From Schmidtea polychroa (taxonomy: Eukaryota): a stretch of DNA of 64,000 nt. Below, piece after piece: positions 1 to 13,979 of this stretch (position 1 is its first letter; each line of letters opens with the position of its first letter). The stretch is from positions 33,172,001 through 33,236,000 of the forward strand of contig CM097885.1 of assembly GCA_044892525.1 (NCBI GenBank). The letters are read 5' to 3'. A program made the translations under genes and the position numbers. Below the pieces are notes generated by a model, which was not told the DNA's origin, searched no databases, and saw nothing but the letters and a program-made list of their open reading frames with translations.

Positions 1-2601
1 TCGATTCTGTAAATACAAATTTGTTAGAATCTGTTTGAATCATCACTAGACGAACAATTTTCTGAATTAGTCTCAAAAGCCAAAAAATATTTTTTTTTGA
101 TATTTGAAATACAGAAAGCGTGTATACGTGAAAAACTTTTATTAATTAAAAATTATTATAATGTTTAAACAAATTTTTTTTCTCATTATTATCTGCGCAT
201 AAATAAACTCATTAGATTTAATTAATTTAATTTTGGAAATAGACGATCTTTAATATGTCTTCTTCAAAGCTTCACTTTTATATATTTATCATATAATGAT
301 ATGTGATGTATATATATAGGAAATTTGTAATTATTCTAACAGTTTCGTGCTAGCTGTATTCTAAAAAGTAAAGAAAAATAATTAATTACTATTTTTATTT
401 TAATTTGCCAAAAAATTTGAATTTATGTTGATTTCAATAAAGATATTTATTAAAATTTTCATTTTGTGGAAAATTGTTTTTCCTAACCAGTTGTCTCAGT
501 AAAATCATACATGTATTTATTTATATTGCACCGATTATAAGCCAATTTATTATCATTATTTAATCATGAAGGAATTTATATTCTGTAAACTACATTTGAA
601 AATTATTCACTGAATGTCTAGTTGAAGGAAACATTTAAAAAATTTCTCGAATCTCAACGAAAGAAAAATTCCCCCATCAATCATTTATGTCTGTTAAGGC
701 AGAAGGGGATTTAAACTTATAATTTTACTGTGTGGTATTTGCAGATTGTGCATTTTGAACAATGTCCAGTGACTACAATTATTGTTAATTATATATTTTG
801 TATAATTATGTTTTATTATTTTGACCATTTGTATTCTAAGTAAGTTTGTTTATCTTGCTATATTTCGCTTTACCATAAAATGTTTGACATAACATTGCTA
901 AACATATTGTAAAATAAGATCTAATTTATATAATACAAGTGGCAATTTGATTATTTGTTTTATCTATTAAAATTAATAAATACAATGGAAAAGAAATCAG
1001 TGATGAAATTTGAAAAAAGTTCTTATAATAATTAATATGTAATTTATACGTTCATTTTTTGTCATAACGAAATAAATAAATAAATAAATCTAGAAATATT
1101 AATCAGCTCTAGCAGTCAATTTGTGCGTGTTTTGTAGTTTTATATAATGTAAATTTATTATTTAAAAATATAGAAAATATAAAGTGTGCCATATCCAAAT
1201 AAAATTGTCACTTTTCATAAATAAATGGCTCATTTATAAATATTTGAATATTTTGAGGAAGAAATTCATATTATTTGTTTATATTTATGAATAATAAATA
1301 CATATTTGTAATTTCAATAAATTGTTTAAATACTATAATTTATTATTGTGTTTGAATTAAAATTCAAAATAATTAAAAAATTTATTATTTTTCATTGGCC
1401 ATAATTGGAAAATTAATTTATATTTCTTTCAATTAAAAAAAAGCAAAAATATATTTTCAATGATTATTTTATAGAATTTTTCAAATCACAACAACTTCCA
1501 TTTGAATGCTTCATTGCATATCGTTGCTTTTGAATCATGTTATTTGAATATATTAATTTGACTAGAAAATAAAAAAGGGCTTCATACATACTTTGATGTA
1601 CAGGTGATTCGTATCTAATAACTTTTGAAACCTTTTAAATAAATTTTAATATTGTAAATGTTTTTTTGGAACTTCAATTATGTTCAGAAATCTAGCTGCC
1701 TCGACTGTAATTTCTAATTTAATGAACAAAAATAACAGTGTATGTCAGATTAAATCCATTTAAAATAAAACAAAATGAGATTTCGAAGACAGTTTAATAG
1801 TTTTTACTGGATAAATTTAAAAAGGGTGAATTATCTTGATCAGATAAGCTCTGCTCTTTAATCTTAATTTTTCGGCTATAGTAAACTTCTCGGGGGTACA
1901 TAAATAAATAAATTAATTAATAATTAATAATACAATAATAATTCAATAATACACCGATCAAAACTATATATTAATAAAAAATATTTTTTCTGTACAAAAA
2001 AAATATTATTTACAAATGTTTGCATAAATAAAACTCATCATTTAATTTTGCTGGGGTACTACCCGGTTGACTTAAATTACTTTACCTTCTCGTCTAAGGG
2101 ATGATTGTCCATTCCGCATATGTTAGCTATCATGTTGTCAACTCCGAGCAGAACTCTGCGCAATCTATACTCCAACATAGTACCCGTGAATTGCTTCACG
2201 TTGGAAATGTACTATGCCGGCGAGACGCCAGAAAGCAGGTGAGCCCCTACCTTAGGACTACTCCTTACTGAGGCCTCGAATTCCTTTTCTCGACTGCCGA
2301 TAGAAGGACTTACGTCTTATTCATACTATCAAACCTTTCACTATACTTGCGATAGACACAAAATGTATAGTACACCATTGAATCTCAAGAGCTTTCGTGT
2401 ACATTTATGGAAAATTTACACCGAAACCCCACACAGAAGAAAATACACTAGAACAAAAGAATGATTTATTTGAAGATTATGATACAAACACGAACAAATT
2501 ACACTCAACAGATGTACCTCGACGAGAAAAAGAAAAAAGAAAAACATCGATGAATCAGTTCAAATGTTTGCGAACGATACGGTCACTCCACAGCGGGATT
2601 C

Positions 2602-3351
2602 TCACTTCTCCCACTCTGTGTCGGCTAAGAGTTCCTCCAAGTCGAAAAATTCCGATGCATTCTCCTCCCAGGTTACGCCGGCAGCGGAGATGATGCGCCC
2701 TGGGATCCCTGTCGTCAAGTCGATTGTAGTGGCGGGATTACTGACATTAGTTGGATTGCTCGTTGGTTGTTTACTCTGCTTAGCGGCCACTCGTTCCTTT
2801 TGCTTCTTCTTACGCTCGGCCCTCGATAATTGCCGTCGCTTGGGTTTTGAGATAATCTGTGCATTCGGTTGCGCTGCCGATGTAGATACCGTAGGTGGTA
2901 GCGCCTTACTGGTCCCTGTGAAGATCACATCAATGGGCTTAGGAGAGAGGTCGGCTTCTACACACTCGTGACAAGACTTCTTGGTTGGAGGAGATGGATG
3001 GAAAGAAGTATCGTGATGGACTGGGAAGACGTTGTCCGCTTCGTGAATGGGGATGCGAACGATTTTACGGGTGGTGGCCGCCTGTAAGTAGACCTTGTGA
3101 AGAGCTTCCGATTGCTCCTTTATCAGACTTCGTTGAGAACGGCTCTCGGAGATTAGAGCATCGCGACAATGTTCGCTGCGGTACAACTTCTTTTGGACTT
3201 CCTTCATTTGTACTGGGCTGAACCATGTACCTTCCAGTTCGTCGATTTTTCTTTTGTATCGACCGATCTGGGTCTGTAAGTCTTTGATTATGGCGTTTTT
3301 ATCTGAACAAGAGAAACAGGGTCGGAGCACAAGTCTTGTATTCGGTAGCAT
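2602..3351 (-). CDS. Hypothetical 249-aa protein (N-terminal coiled coil, basic stretch, acidic C-terminus), possibly a TE accessory ORF
   Basis: Long ORF in an island of raised GC content; no recognisable domain. Confidence 0.3.
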   Translation of the reverse strand: MLPNTRLVLRPCFSCSDKNAIIKDLQTQIGRYKRKIDELEGTWFSPVQMKEVQKKLYRSEHCRDALISESRSQRSLIKEQSEALHKVYLQAATTRKIVRIPIHEADNVFPVHHDTSFHPSPPTKKSCHECVEADLSPKPIDVIFTGTSKALPPTVSTSAAQPNAQIISKPKRRQLSRAERKKKQKERVAAKQSKQPTSNPTNVSNPATTIDLTTGIPGRIISAAGVTWEENASEFFDLEELLADTEWEK

Positions 3352-5166
3352 TTCTGATGGCTATAAAGAAGAGACCATGATAAACAGAATAAACTAAATT
3401 TACAAAGTCACCATTTGGACGCAACTATTCATTTACCGTCTCAAGTATTCCGACAAGAAAAGAAAACAGGGTAGGCGGGCAAGGAAATTCCCCCCAGACG
3501 ATCGATCGTTACTCCTTTGTGTATTATTTACTTATCAAAAAAAATCAACTGGCAACATATGATATCGTCTCAGCGAATGTAATGAATTATTGCTAACAGT
3601 AAAAATTTTATAATGGTAAAAATTCATCGACGTCTAAAACTTTCCAAAAATTAACTCGTATTTAAGGTCTCGTTAAAAAATTATATAAGCTTTCTTTAAA
3701 AACAGAATTCTTTTCCTTATTTTGGGAAATTATCAAACATAAAGATTGCATAATTTACGCTCTTTTATCAATTTCAATTAACTCACAAATACTAAATTTA
3801 AAGGTTCCAAAAATTTTACGCTTAAGGCGTGTAATCGCATGTTATAACTCGTGTGTAGTACGTATCGAAATATCGCAGTTGCTGAGAATTATATCTGCAA
3901 GTCTGAAAACCTACATGTTTGCATGCCGGATAGCATTTCTCACGGTAATTATTGACTGGGGAACTCACCTACTGTTGAGTCAAATAACTGAAAATCATGA
4001 TGGGTGCGACATGTGGAAAATTCTCTGATGATTATATTTGATAGTGATTATGTCATCTCTAATGTGTATCTGCATGTGGTCCTTATCACTGGTGTTCACA
4101 ATGCATACGTTCGCGTGTCTTTACCCCATGAAATTTCAGTCACTCCAGCATGTCGAGTTGGAATTTTTTCAGATGTTATGTTACATTATGTTGTCTCACA
4201 TCTAACCTGCAAATTGAAACTTGCTCCTATAGCGGGCAACTTCTCCCATCGCTTGTGTTGGATATTTTATTTCGTGGATGATTTTATCAAACTATCCAGA
4301 GGATACCTATCGATCTTGTCTCGGCGATGGCGATACGTAGCGAGTTTGGATGAATGATTGTTATGCTATGGCCTTTTTGCAGGTATTTCAAGAATATTTA
4401 TTAATGTATCTAAATAAAAGATGTTTATGCGGATTGTCTTGTATTTCAATTTCACTCTAACGATATTATTATATTCTACTTTGTCGTTGTTATGACGCAG
4501 AGTGAATGCTCCAGAACCAGATTTGCTATCAGAAACGAAATGTGAGTCTCACTTTTAAAATGGAGAAATAAGTTGGAGATGAGTGATAATTGATCCATTA
4601 ACGCAAAATAGAGATCTAGATTTATGGATGATGATAGTAGGAGCTTTTCGAAATACGATAGCTATGGTTTGTAGAATTAGTGTGGGTGTAAAGATTGTAG
4701 CTCCCTCAATCACTGTGAATCATGACTACTACTTTTCCTTCGAATTAGAATTTATTTTACACCTTGGCTTCCACTAATCTATGTAAATTTAGGTGACCTT
4801 CAGTGACGGACCCGTGAGGAAGCCCCCACATTACGGCCCGAATCAACTGCGTGATTGAAAGGTTTCATGCCCACCGGCTTAGCACCCGAAGGCCCCTCAC
4901 ACCATGGCAAGAAACGTCTCAATTCCACGTTCCTCAAAAAAAACAAATCATAAAATATCATATCTTGAAATCAAAATCATAAAAATTTTCCTGAATATCT
5001 CATTTATTATTAAACATTTTACGTATTAACATCATTAAAATTATCTAAAAGATCAAATGAAGAGAAACGTGAAAATAAAATGTAATTTTAATTATCTACC
5101 AAATATCCATAATTACTTCATATACATAATTTAAATACCTCCTTACTAAGTTATTGATCGATCTGA

Positions 5167-6090
5167 GGGCTGAGTCGAAATGAAATTAATTGTATCTCCT
5201 GAAATATTCTGCGCTGGTTTCTAGCACTTGTTGTCCTCGAAATATTCTAGTTTTCTATGAGTCGCTACCAATGTTCCCTCTAAGCCATAAGCAGCAGTGC
5301 GCGCAAAGTCAGCTGCGCTGAGCAGCCTTTAAATACAAATGAGCGTCAAAATGCTATAATGTGGTTGTAAGAGTTTTAAAACGACACTACTGAAATATAC
5401 CGTTATTATGCATCTGGGCATTAACATTGAAAATTTTTAAATATTCAAAATGAACCACATAATAATATTGAGTATCAAAAATTCGTAATGTTTTATAATA
5501 AATATGTTAATTGGAAGGTGAAAATAAAATAAAAAATAAAGTATACTGCGCTGAAAATAATTTTGCTGCGCTGGGGTGTTGGAGGTGCTGCGCGTGCAGC
5601 TTAGAGGGAACGTTGGTCGCTACTGGTTTCCGGATCTATGAGTTTTTTCGAATTAACCGTCATGATTTTCTATAATTCACTTACCTATGAGTTTTTTCGA
5701 ATTAACAGTGATTATAATGATTTTGATGCCTACTTATATACTGATTTTTCATACGTGCGGACCAATCAGAATTGAGTACCGCTTGATTTTCTAATTTAAT
5801 TTAATTTCTCGGTTTTTTGGTTATTTTTTCTTATTTTTCTTATTTTTCTTATATTTTTTTATTTGTTTTCTTTAATTTCCTCATTAACTACTGAATTTCA
5901 TGTCATTTTATTCTTTAATGCATTTATTCCTTATCTTAATTTCTTATTTTTATTCTTTGTTTTAATTCTTATATCTTAATTTATTATTTCTTTTGTATCT
6001 TGATTCCAGTTTATTTAAATTTTTTGTTTATTTTTATTTATTTAAAATCTGGTTTATCCTATTTTCCTAGCTATGCTTTCGACTCAGCCC
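5167..6090. mobile_element. Possible MITE or solo-LTR-like element bounded by 14-bp inverted repeats
   Basis: GGGCTGAGTCGAAA at 5167-5180 and TTTCGACTCAGCCC at 6077-6090; no TSD found. Confidence 0.3.
5269..5615. mobile_element. Non-autonomous hAT element (MITE), 347 bp
   Basis: TIRs CAATGTTCCCTCTAAG / CTTAGAGGGAACGTTG; perfect 8-bp TSD GTCGCTAC at 5261-5268 and 5616-5623. Confidence 0.88.
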
Positions 6091-6098
6091 AACAATTT

Positions 6099-6513
6099 TT
6101 AATGGAATTCATTGATATCATTAATAAGCTGTAAAAATGCTTCATCATTATTCCTAGTATACCTTTTTCTCCAGATGAATTCATAAATATAACTTGGTAT
6201 AAAACTTTCAAGCTCGCCAAACATTTTTTAAAATTTTTTTTAAAGGCGTTCCAATAATGTTTGATGTTATTCGTATGAACTCCTGTTGATTGGTCTTTGT
6301 AGTATTATGAATGATTGACATATTGATGAGTATATGGGCCAAGTAATGCTGAGGGAGTTCTCTCTCTATACACCAAACACCACTGAGATGCATTTCCTAT
6401 AATATAACAAAAAAATCAATAATCTTACATTATAGAAACATACATACTTACTTTGATTTCACGTTGATGTTCTCATTTATAGCTCAATGAGATACATCTT
6501 ATATTATAGAAAT
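6099..6513 (-). pseudogene. Merlin (IS1595/ISXO2-like) DDE transposase remnant
   Basis: Minus-strand translation gives YTHQYVNHS*YYKDQSTGVHTNNIKHYW and SYIYEFIWRKRY...FLQLINDI, matching the Merlin H..VNHS...TG.HTN.IE..W and EF.WR motifs; has stops and frameshifts. Confidence 0.6.
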
Positions 6514-8830
6514 CTGAAAAGTGGAAGGAAAATTAAAAAATGCACACAAGCACAACACATAATAAAAAATACATACAAACTTTTGATTCGTAAAATTGTA
6601 ACGATGAGATACGTTTCTATAATAATTCTATTTTAGACAATTTTTAGAAAAAAAAGATCGTTGAAAATTTTTTAAATTATATTTTTAATGAAAATATCAA
6701 GAGCAGATGAATTTGGTTCAAAATCTTTTTACTCCAGATTTGATTTCCTTTAAGAATCACCTCATATTGAGCTCAGAAAAAAAATTACAAAAATTAAAAA
6801 AATTATTCTAATCAGCGATTTTTCCCAAAATGTTTTAAAAAAATACATTGATTGATTTATTTAATTAATTATAATTAAAAATATATTGGACTCACATTTT
6901 TTCGAAATAATTCCAAAATACTTTAGTAAAAGACATAAAATTCCTAAAAAGCCTGAAAATTAATTAAAAATAATTTATAATTATATTGTTGATTAAAAGT
7001 AATATTTAAGAACTTGAATAATGATCTCATATCTATATGGATCAAAATTCAAGACTTAAACTTTACTTAAAATTAAATATCTTACCTGAAAGCCATTTCT
7101 AAAATGGCTAAAATAAATTTCCAAAAAACATCAAATTCATATTCAAATTGATGATGATTAATTGGTAAATATAGCCAATCGGTAAATACAGTGAGTGAAT
7201 TGCTTTACACGCCAACCACCACTATAGAGAATGTATCTCAGTGGTGTTTGGTGTATTATAAGCCAATTTATTATCATTATTTAATCATGAAGGAGTTTAT
7301 ATTCTGGAAACTACATTTGAAAATTATTCACTGAATGTCTAGTTGAAGGAAACATTTTTTTTTCGTTTTATTTTCATCATTATTCCAACCATTATACTAC
7401 TTTCAAATCATCTGTTATTATTTTCAAAATTTCTAAAATATCCATTAACTAATATTGTTTTTATCAATATATAGTTTTAATTATTTAAATATTTAAATAT
7501 TTAAATATTTATTTATTAATTAATTAATTTATTTATGTACCCCCGAAAAGTTTACTATAGCCAAAACAGTTTTACCGACAACTACGCAGTGAGCCCAAAA
7601 ATACTTAGACTAGACAAGAAATGATTACTTTATAAAATAGATATTACATGTGGTCATACTTAAATATGTAAAGGTAATGAAAAGTGTTTTTGTTTGAAAA
7701 AGAAATTGCACTATTTTATTATTGCATCAAAAAATGTCAGAGAATTTTAAATTTCGATGCTTTATAAAGCTATGCTTTTGAAGAAAACAAGAGTGAGTGC
7801 CTTTTTATTTGACATTTAGAATGCCTATTTTTTGATAAAAAACACTAAAAGTTATTTTTAAATAAGAAACTGAAAACATTTTTCATGATTGAAAATCGAC
7901 GTAATTTTTCTGGATCAATGAGCATAATTTATTAATGAAAATAATTTTTCAATAATTAAAAAACTTTATTATCTAATTCTTTTGATGGAAATTCACAAGC
8001 TATCGCGACCATCAAAATTGATCCAGCTTCTCAGGATTTTCAATGTGGATGATGAAACAAGTGTCCGAAAATTTATAAAGAAAAGGAGAAGAACTGCTAA
8101 TCTGTATGGGGAAGCAGATGTCCTGGAAACTATATAGTTGGTTCTGGCTGGAAAAATATATTCAACATTCGATATGTTAGAGGAAATTTTGGGAAACAAG
8201 ATATCTTAAAAGATGTTCTTACAACGTTGATGGAATAATTCGCTCGGTATAGGGATGAAGTGTTGACATGTTCAATAAGTCACTTTATTGATGATTGTAA
8301 TATACTTTCAGAAATGATATATCTGTGGATTGAACTGTAGGTCACATAGAACAGGAAAATACTGATTAGGATTCCATACCAGACTTCCACAAATTGTTTC
8401 AATTTCAGAATTTTGAGCAAATTTTTTGAATTAAAAAGATAGATGTTCGAAAAAATCTAAGTAATTACGAATATTAAAACAATTTATTTTATTTACCTAA
8501 TTTAATAATGTATTTGCAATTTAATTAATCAATTAATATATTTATTAATTGGAAAGTCAGAGGTACTACCCAAGGTATTTAAGATAGTTACTTATAAATG
8601 AAATGTAACTATATTATTTAATACCATTTTTACATTTAATTTAATAGACCTCACATTTGGTCATTGTATCGTTATTTTTTCATCATGCCACTTGTGTAAA
8701 GAACGATCTGATTTGTAATCTCGAAATGCATCTGACTGATATTATTATTATAAAAATGAAAGTAACGTATAGAACTTACCAATATTAAAGAGCTACTCAC
8801 TTATGAATTTTTTTTCATAAATATTAAGAG

Positions 8831-11800
8831 CAGCGCCGGTTCGAGATAATTTTACGCCCCAGGCGAAAATTATAAAAAGCGCCCTATTTTAAAAATTAGG
8901 TACAAAAATTATGATAAAATAAAAAAGTTTAACAAAAAACAATCCATTTATTACCTTATTTCATTTTTTTCGATTGACATATATATAAAAAAAACAGAAT
9001 TTATAAGAATGATTTTTTCCTGGCTTTCATGTCTGCAAATTTTTCTATCGCTGCCTCCAAATTTAGGTTTGCTACAACATTATTTTCAATTGAAATAATG
9101 GCCAAATTATTCAACCTATCTTCCGTCATAGTAGATCGCAAATACTTTTTATTAGTTTTAATTTACTAAAACTTCTTTCACCACTCGCAACACTAACAGG
9201 AATTGTTACGAGGATTCGTAAAGCCACCCACAGATTTGGTACTGTACTTTTCAAATTATTATCATTGATAAATTGTAAACATATTAAAGGATCTTTAACA
9301 TCATCTGGTACCAATTGCTTCAATGATTCGATTTCCTCGCACAATTCTATTCCATTTATATCACTACTGGCCTCATTTGTTAATTTCAGATGTAAATCTT
9401 TGCAACTCTTCAGCAAATCACAACGATTTTTATTATTGTGAATATTGAACAAAAAACCCCACGAATCTTCGAAATCTTTCATTTGCTGAAACCTTTCTGA
9501 TATAGATATCAACGATTGATCCAGAATAACATTAAAAACATGATTTTTATAATATTTTTCTGGGTCATTTACATCTGGAGTTTCATCGTCACACTCATAA
9601 CTAAATTGTTTTTGTCGCCTTCTGATTCTTACAGCTTTAAATTGTGCGTTCACGTTTAATAGCGCAGCGAGATCTTTGGCCGATTTTAAAGCATCAGAAA
9701 AACCGGAGTCTCTATAATTTTCTAGAAAAATCTTACAATTCCGAAGAAGCTCGATGGCGTTACTCATATCAAATGTAGCTTTTTGCATGGATTTGCTGAC
9801 AATATTAAATTTTGACAAAAGTACGTACCAGACAGATAATGTTAACAAAAACTCGAAATCTTCTATTTTTTCAGATAAAGAGCTAGCTTCTGAAACAACT
9901 GCAGCATCTAATATTGTGTCTTGCAACTCATTTAATGCGTTTCTAATTTCCGTGATTTTCAATTTCGATTCTACATTCCCACCTCGTTTCACTTAAAGGT
10001 TTAGGATTTAATGATTTAATATGTTTTTTCAATATATTCCATCGTCCAACAGATGCAGCAAACAAAGTATAAATTCTTTGAACATATCCGAAAAAATTTA
10101 TGCACATTATTGAAGAAGAAACACTATCATCAATTAGTAGGTTAATTGAGTGACAACCGCAAAGCATAAAAAACGCTCTTGGATTTTCTTTTAAAATTCT
10201 AGCTTGCACTCCTTTAATTTTACCTTTCATATTAGCGCCGTTATCATATCCTTGGCCTCTATAGTTTGCTAATTCCAAATTGAATTCTTCTAAACTTTCA
10301 GAAATATCATCATATAATCCTTTTCCAGTAGAATCAAAAACTGGTTTAAAGGATACAAAATGCTCTTTTATTTCCATATCCTCAACATCATAAAATCTTA
10401 ACGTTATGGAGAGCTGTTCGATATGGCTTATGTCAGGTGTGCAGTCTAAAATAATCGAAAAATATTTCGATTTACGAACAGAATCCAAAATATGACTTCT
10501 TGTCATATCACCAAGTGTACTTATTAATTCGTTTTGTATAGTTTTTCCACAATAATGAACATGAATTTCTTGTGAGACCACCCTGCGCAAATGCTCATTT
10601 AATGGTAAATCAAATTTTCCTAGAAGTTCAACAAGGCCTAAAAAATTTCCATTATGCGGAACAAATAACTTATCACAAGAACCCCGAAATGCTAAATTAT
10701 TTTTTGACAAAAATAATGTTATGTTTATTAATCTTTCTAGTACCTTTTTCCAATTATATTTTTCTTGGACTATCAAAGACTGCAAATTCTTATCAATAGT
10801 TTTATTGCCTTTTAATCTTAATCGAGTTTCTCTCCAGTTTTTTTCACATTTTAAATGTGAAACTGACCGTTCGTGCATTTTCAAGCTGTCGTGAATATTT
10901 TTCCAATCCCATAAACCAGATTTGGCTAGATTTGACCTACCTGATGGATCAAAAAGTTTGCAAAAAAAACAAAATACAGAATTTTTGGATTCTGAATAGT
11001 GCAACCATTTTCTTAGGAATTTTTTACCATTACTTATTTGACGATAAAAAAGCGAATTGGAAAAGCTTCGATTATTTTCATCTCTTGGATAAATATGTTG
11101 TTGATTACACCTTTCTTCGTTTCCATATAAGTCAGTTACAACTATATGGTCAATTTCCGTATGTTTTAAATTTTGTGGCCATAGCCCAATATCATTATAA
11201 TTTAAAATATTTTCAAATACAGAATGAGTTGAATCACTAGGAACAATTATTTCAGTTCCGTGAGAAGACATTAAATTATCCTCATTGATAATATTACAAT
11301 TTTCAGCTTCTGATGACACATTACCTATATCGTCCTCTGAGATTGAAGATGCTGACTCGAAATGTTGATTATCATCGGCTACTGATTTACTGGAATTAAA
11401 ATATTTCAATATTTTATCGTGCTTATCAGCTTGTTGTTGTCTATTTATTTTTCGTTTCCGATATTCATACCCACTCAATTTTTTTGGTGGCATCTTAGCT
11501 ATGGCATAAATTTATATAAATATATTATATATTTTTAAAAAATGATCTTAATCTTACCTTACCTCTTATATATTTATATTTTTAAAACAGAATAGGAATA
11601 CAAATTTAATTTGAACAAACTGCAACAACACATTAGTTACACACTTGAAACAAAAAAATTGTTAAAAAAAAACTGGTAGCTATAGCTGTTAATTTAACTC
11701 GCACATCAGTTATTGTAATACATACATATAATTTTTTTTATTTCAATTTTCAATACATATCAGAATTTCTCAGAATTGGAAATTCGTATATTTTGCATGT

Positions 11801-11978
11801 ACTTTTTTTTTGTTTTTTCTTATTTTCAATTTTTTTTAAAACGGTTGGTTTCATAGATAAATTTCAAAATATAAAGTTTTGGAGGCTTATTTTATAAATT
11901 ACTTTGATTGTTTATAATAAATTTTGGCGCCCTCTAAAAAAAGGCGCACTAGGTCGCCTGGCCCTTGGGCGGGGCCTG
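8831..11978 (-). mobile_element. hAT DNA transposon (ZMYM1-like/DUF4371-type transposase), ~3.1 kb
   Basis: CAG...CTG ends with GC-rich subterminal motifs; perfect 8-bp TSD ATTAAGAG at 8823-8830 and 11979-11986; encloses the transposase. Confidence 0.9.
9001..11493 (-). pseudogene. hAT transposase, frameshifted near 9960 and 9140
   Basis: TTF-type Zn finger (WLHYS..VFCFFCKLF), DCTPD, GYDNG, CGCH, TRW, and dimerisation motif TIPVSVASGERSFSKLK; the C-terminus continues out of frame as YLRSTMTEDRLNNLAIISIE. Confidence 0.88.
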
Positions 11979-13181
11979 ATTAAGAGGCAAAAGATTTAAT
12001 TGATTCAATATTTTTTGTCGGCGCTTTCATTGTAATTTTAATTGCAATAAAATTAATTAATTAGTTATAATTTTCAAATAATGAAATTTTATCATTATCA
12101 TTATTTTTATTATCGTTTTTGGATAATTTATTCTAATGACAATCATATCATATTAAACTGTATTTTAATCTCAATGAAAATAGAAAATAATATATCCGGA
12201 ACTTTTAATTGCTTTTCATTAATAATTTATTGCGTTTCATTGAAAGGGAAATTTTAAAACCAGGTGAAAATTTATTAAAATGACTTCAATATTAGAGATA
12301 TTATTTATTATTAAATTTTATTATCTAATATTATTTTTGGAATTTAAAAACTTTATATCTTTTTATTTTGAGATATTGATTTTATTTTTACATATATTTT
12401 TAAAATGCTTCATTTCTTTATATGCTTTTCTACATCAAAGGTCGAAAATCGAATGGCAATTAATTTAATAGGGGTCGTACGCACTCTCACGCGATTGGTT
12501 AATGATTACGTAAGCGTTACTATTAAATATGATACACGAATGCATTATGAATTTTATATGATTAGTAAGATGAATTTGTGCTCTTTAACTTGACAAAAGG
12601 TTAAATATAATTTACTTAAATATAGTCTGAACATTGACTATCTTGCAAAAGAGTTAGGCAAATAATGTACATTTATTTAACTAAATTAATTCACTAATAG
12701 CTTTTATCAATTTCCACATTTACTTTTAAGCAAATAAATTATTTGTTTTAGATTTTAATATAACTATAAAAACAATTTTATTATTACTATTTGACTCAAA
12801 TTAATGTATTTATAGTTTAATTATTTTGTTTGAATTACACAAAAAATTATGGAAATTAATTAAATTTTAATTAATAAAATTAAAAATGCAAAAATCAATA
12901 TTTTTGGTGAATGTAAGTGGAAACAAGTGGCGAAGTGCAAATTGATTTGAATAGCGTTTCTAATGTAGATCAATAAATTAATTAATTAAAAATTTGTTCA
13001 CCCGATTAATATATTGCGATTCCTTAACACTTCTAATAAAATTGGGGTTTAATAGACCATATTAAATTAGTGAATATCAAAAAGACATTGATAACTTTAC
13101 TGATCCATAGTCCATTTTTTAATAAATTTAATGTCAATTGAAAAGAAATGTGAGATGAAAATCGAAAGAAGGTATTATTAT

Positions 13182-13182
<1 letters not shown>

Positions 13183-13262
<80 letters not shown>
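13183..13262. repeat. (CA)n(TA)n microsatellite, target of the mariner insertion
   Basis: Read directly. Confidence 0.95.
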
Positions 13263-13266
<4 letters not shown>

Positions 13267-13979
13267 TGTCCCATAAGTCTCTTTCGCAAATGTGCACAAA
13301 GAAATTTTCATGCAATAACAAATTTTCATATTATTATCATTGCATTCAGTCAGCCTTTAGCTATCAAATAGTGTAAATCAAATAAATAATAGTAAAGCCC
13401 TTTTTTATTATTGAACGACGGAAAATGAAAGAAAACATTTAAGACATGTGATGCTGCATTGTTTTAAAAAAGGTTTTAGTGCTAGTGATACATTAAATGA
13501 GATTTTTATGCTTTATGGAAATGACTTTACAAGTGTTCAAACAGTTCTCAGTTGGTTTAGGAGGTTCAGAGCCGGTAATATTAATCTCGAAGACGAAGAA
13601 CGTTGCGACCGCCCATCCACTACGAACACGGATCTAATCATAGCCATGGTTGAAGAAAATCCGCGATATACTGCTCGCAAAATAGCTCACAAGTTAGAAA
13701 TTCCACGAACATCCGTCCATAATCATCTGACAAAATTGGGTTACATCAATCGTTCAGATGTGTGGCTTCCTCGTGAACTGACTGACTCAAATAAACTTCA
13801 GCGTATTTCAACATGCGATCTTCTTCTCCAACGACATAATAGCCAACCTTTTTTGAAGAGACTTGTCACTGGGGATGAAAGTTGGATACTCTATGAGAAT
13901 ATCCAACGTAAACGGTCTTGGACCAAGGGTACAGAAGCTTTAACTGTAGCTAAACCTGGCCTACATCCAAAAAAAAATT
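13261..13979 (+). mobile_element. 5' half of a mariner (Tc1/mariner) transposon, truncated
   Basis: TIR-like TAAGGTTGTCCCATAAG after a TA run; HTH region, WLPRELT (WVPHEL-like), FLKRLVTGDESWILYEN (first catalytic D); ends at KPGLHPKK. Confidence 0.85.

Noticed and set aside
2397..4777. Plus-strand ORFs at 2397, 2564, 2985, 4004 and 4583
   Set aside because: Antisense shadows or short frames with no recognisable motifs
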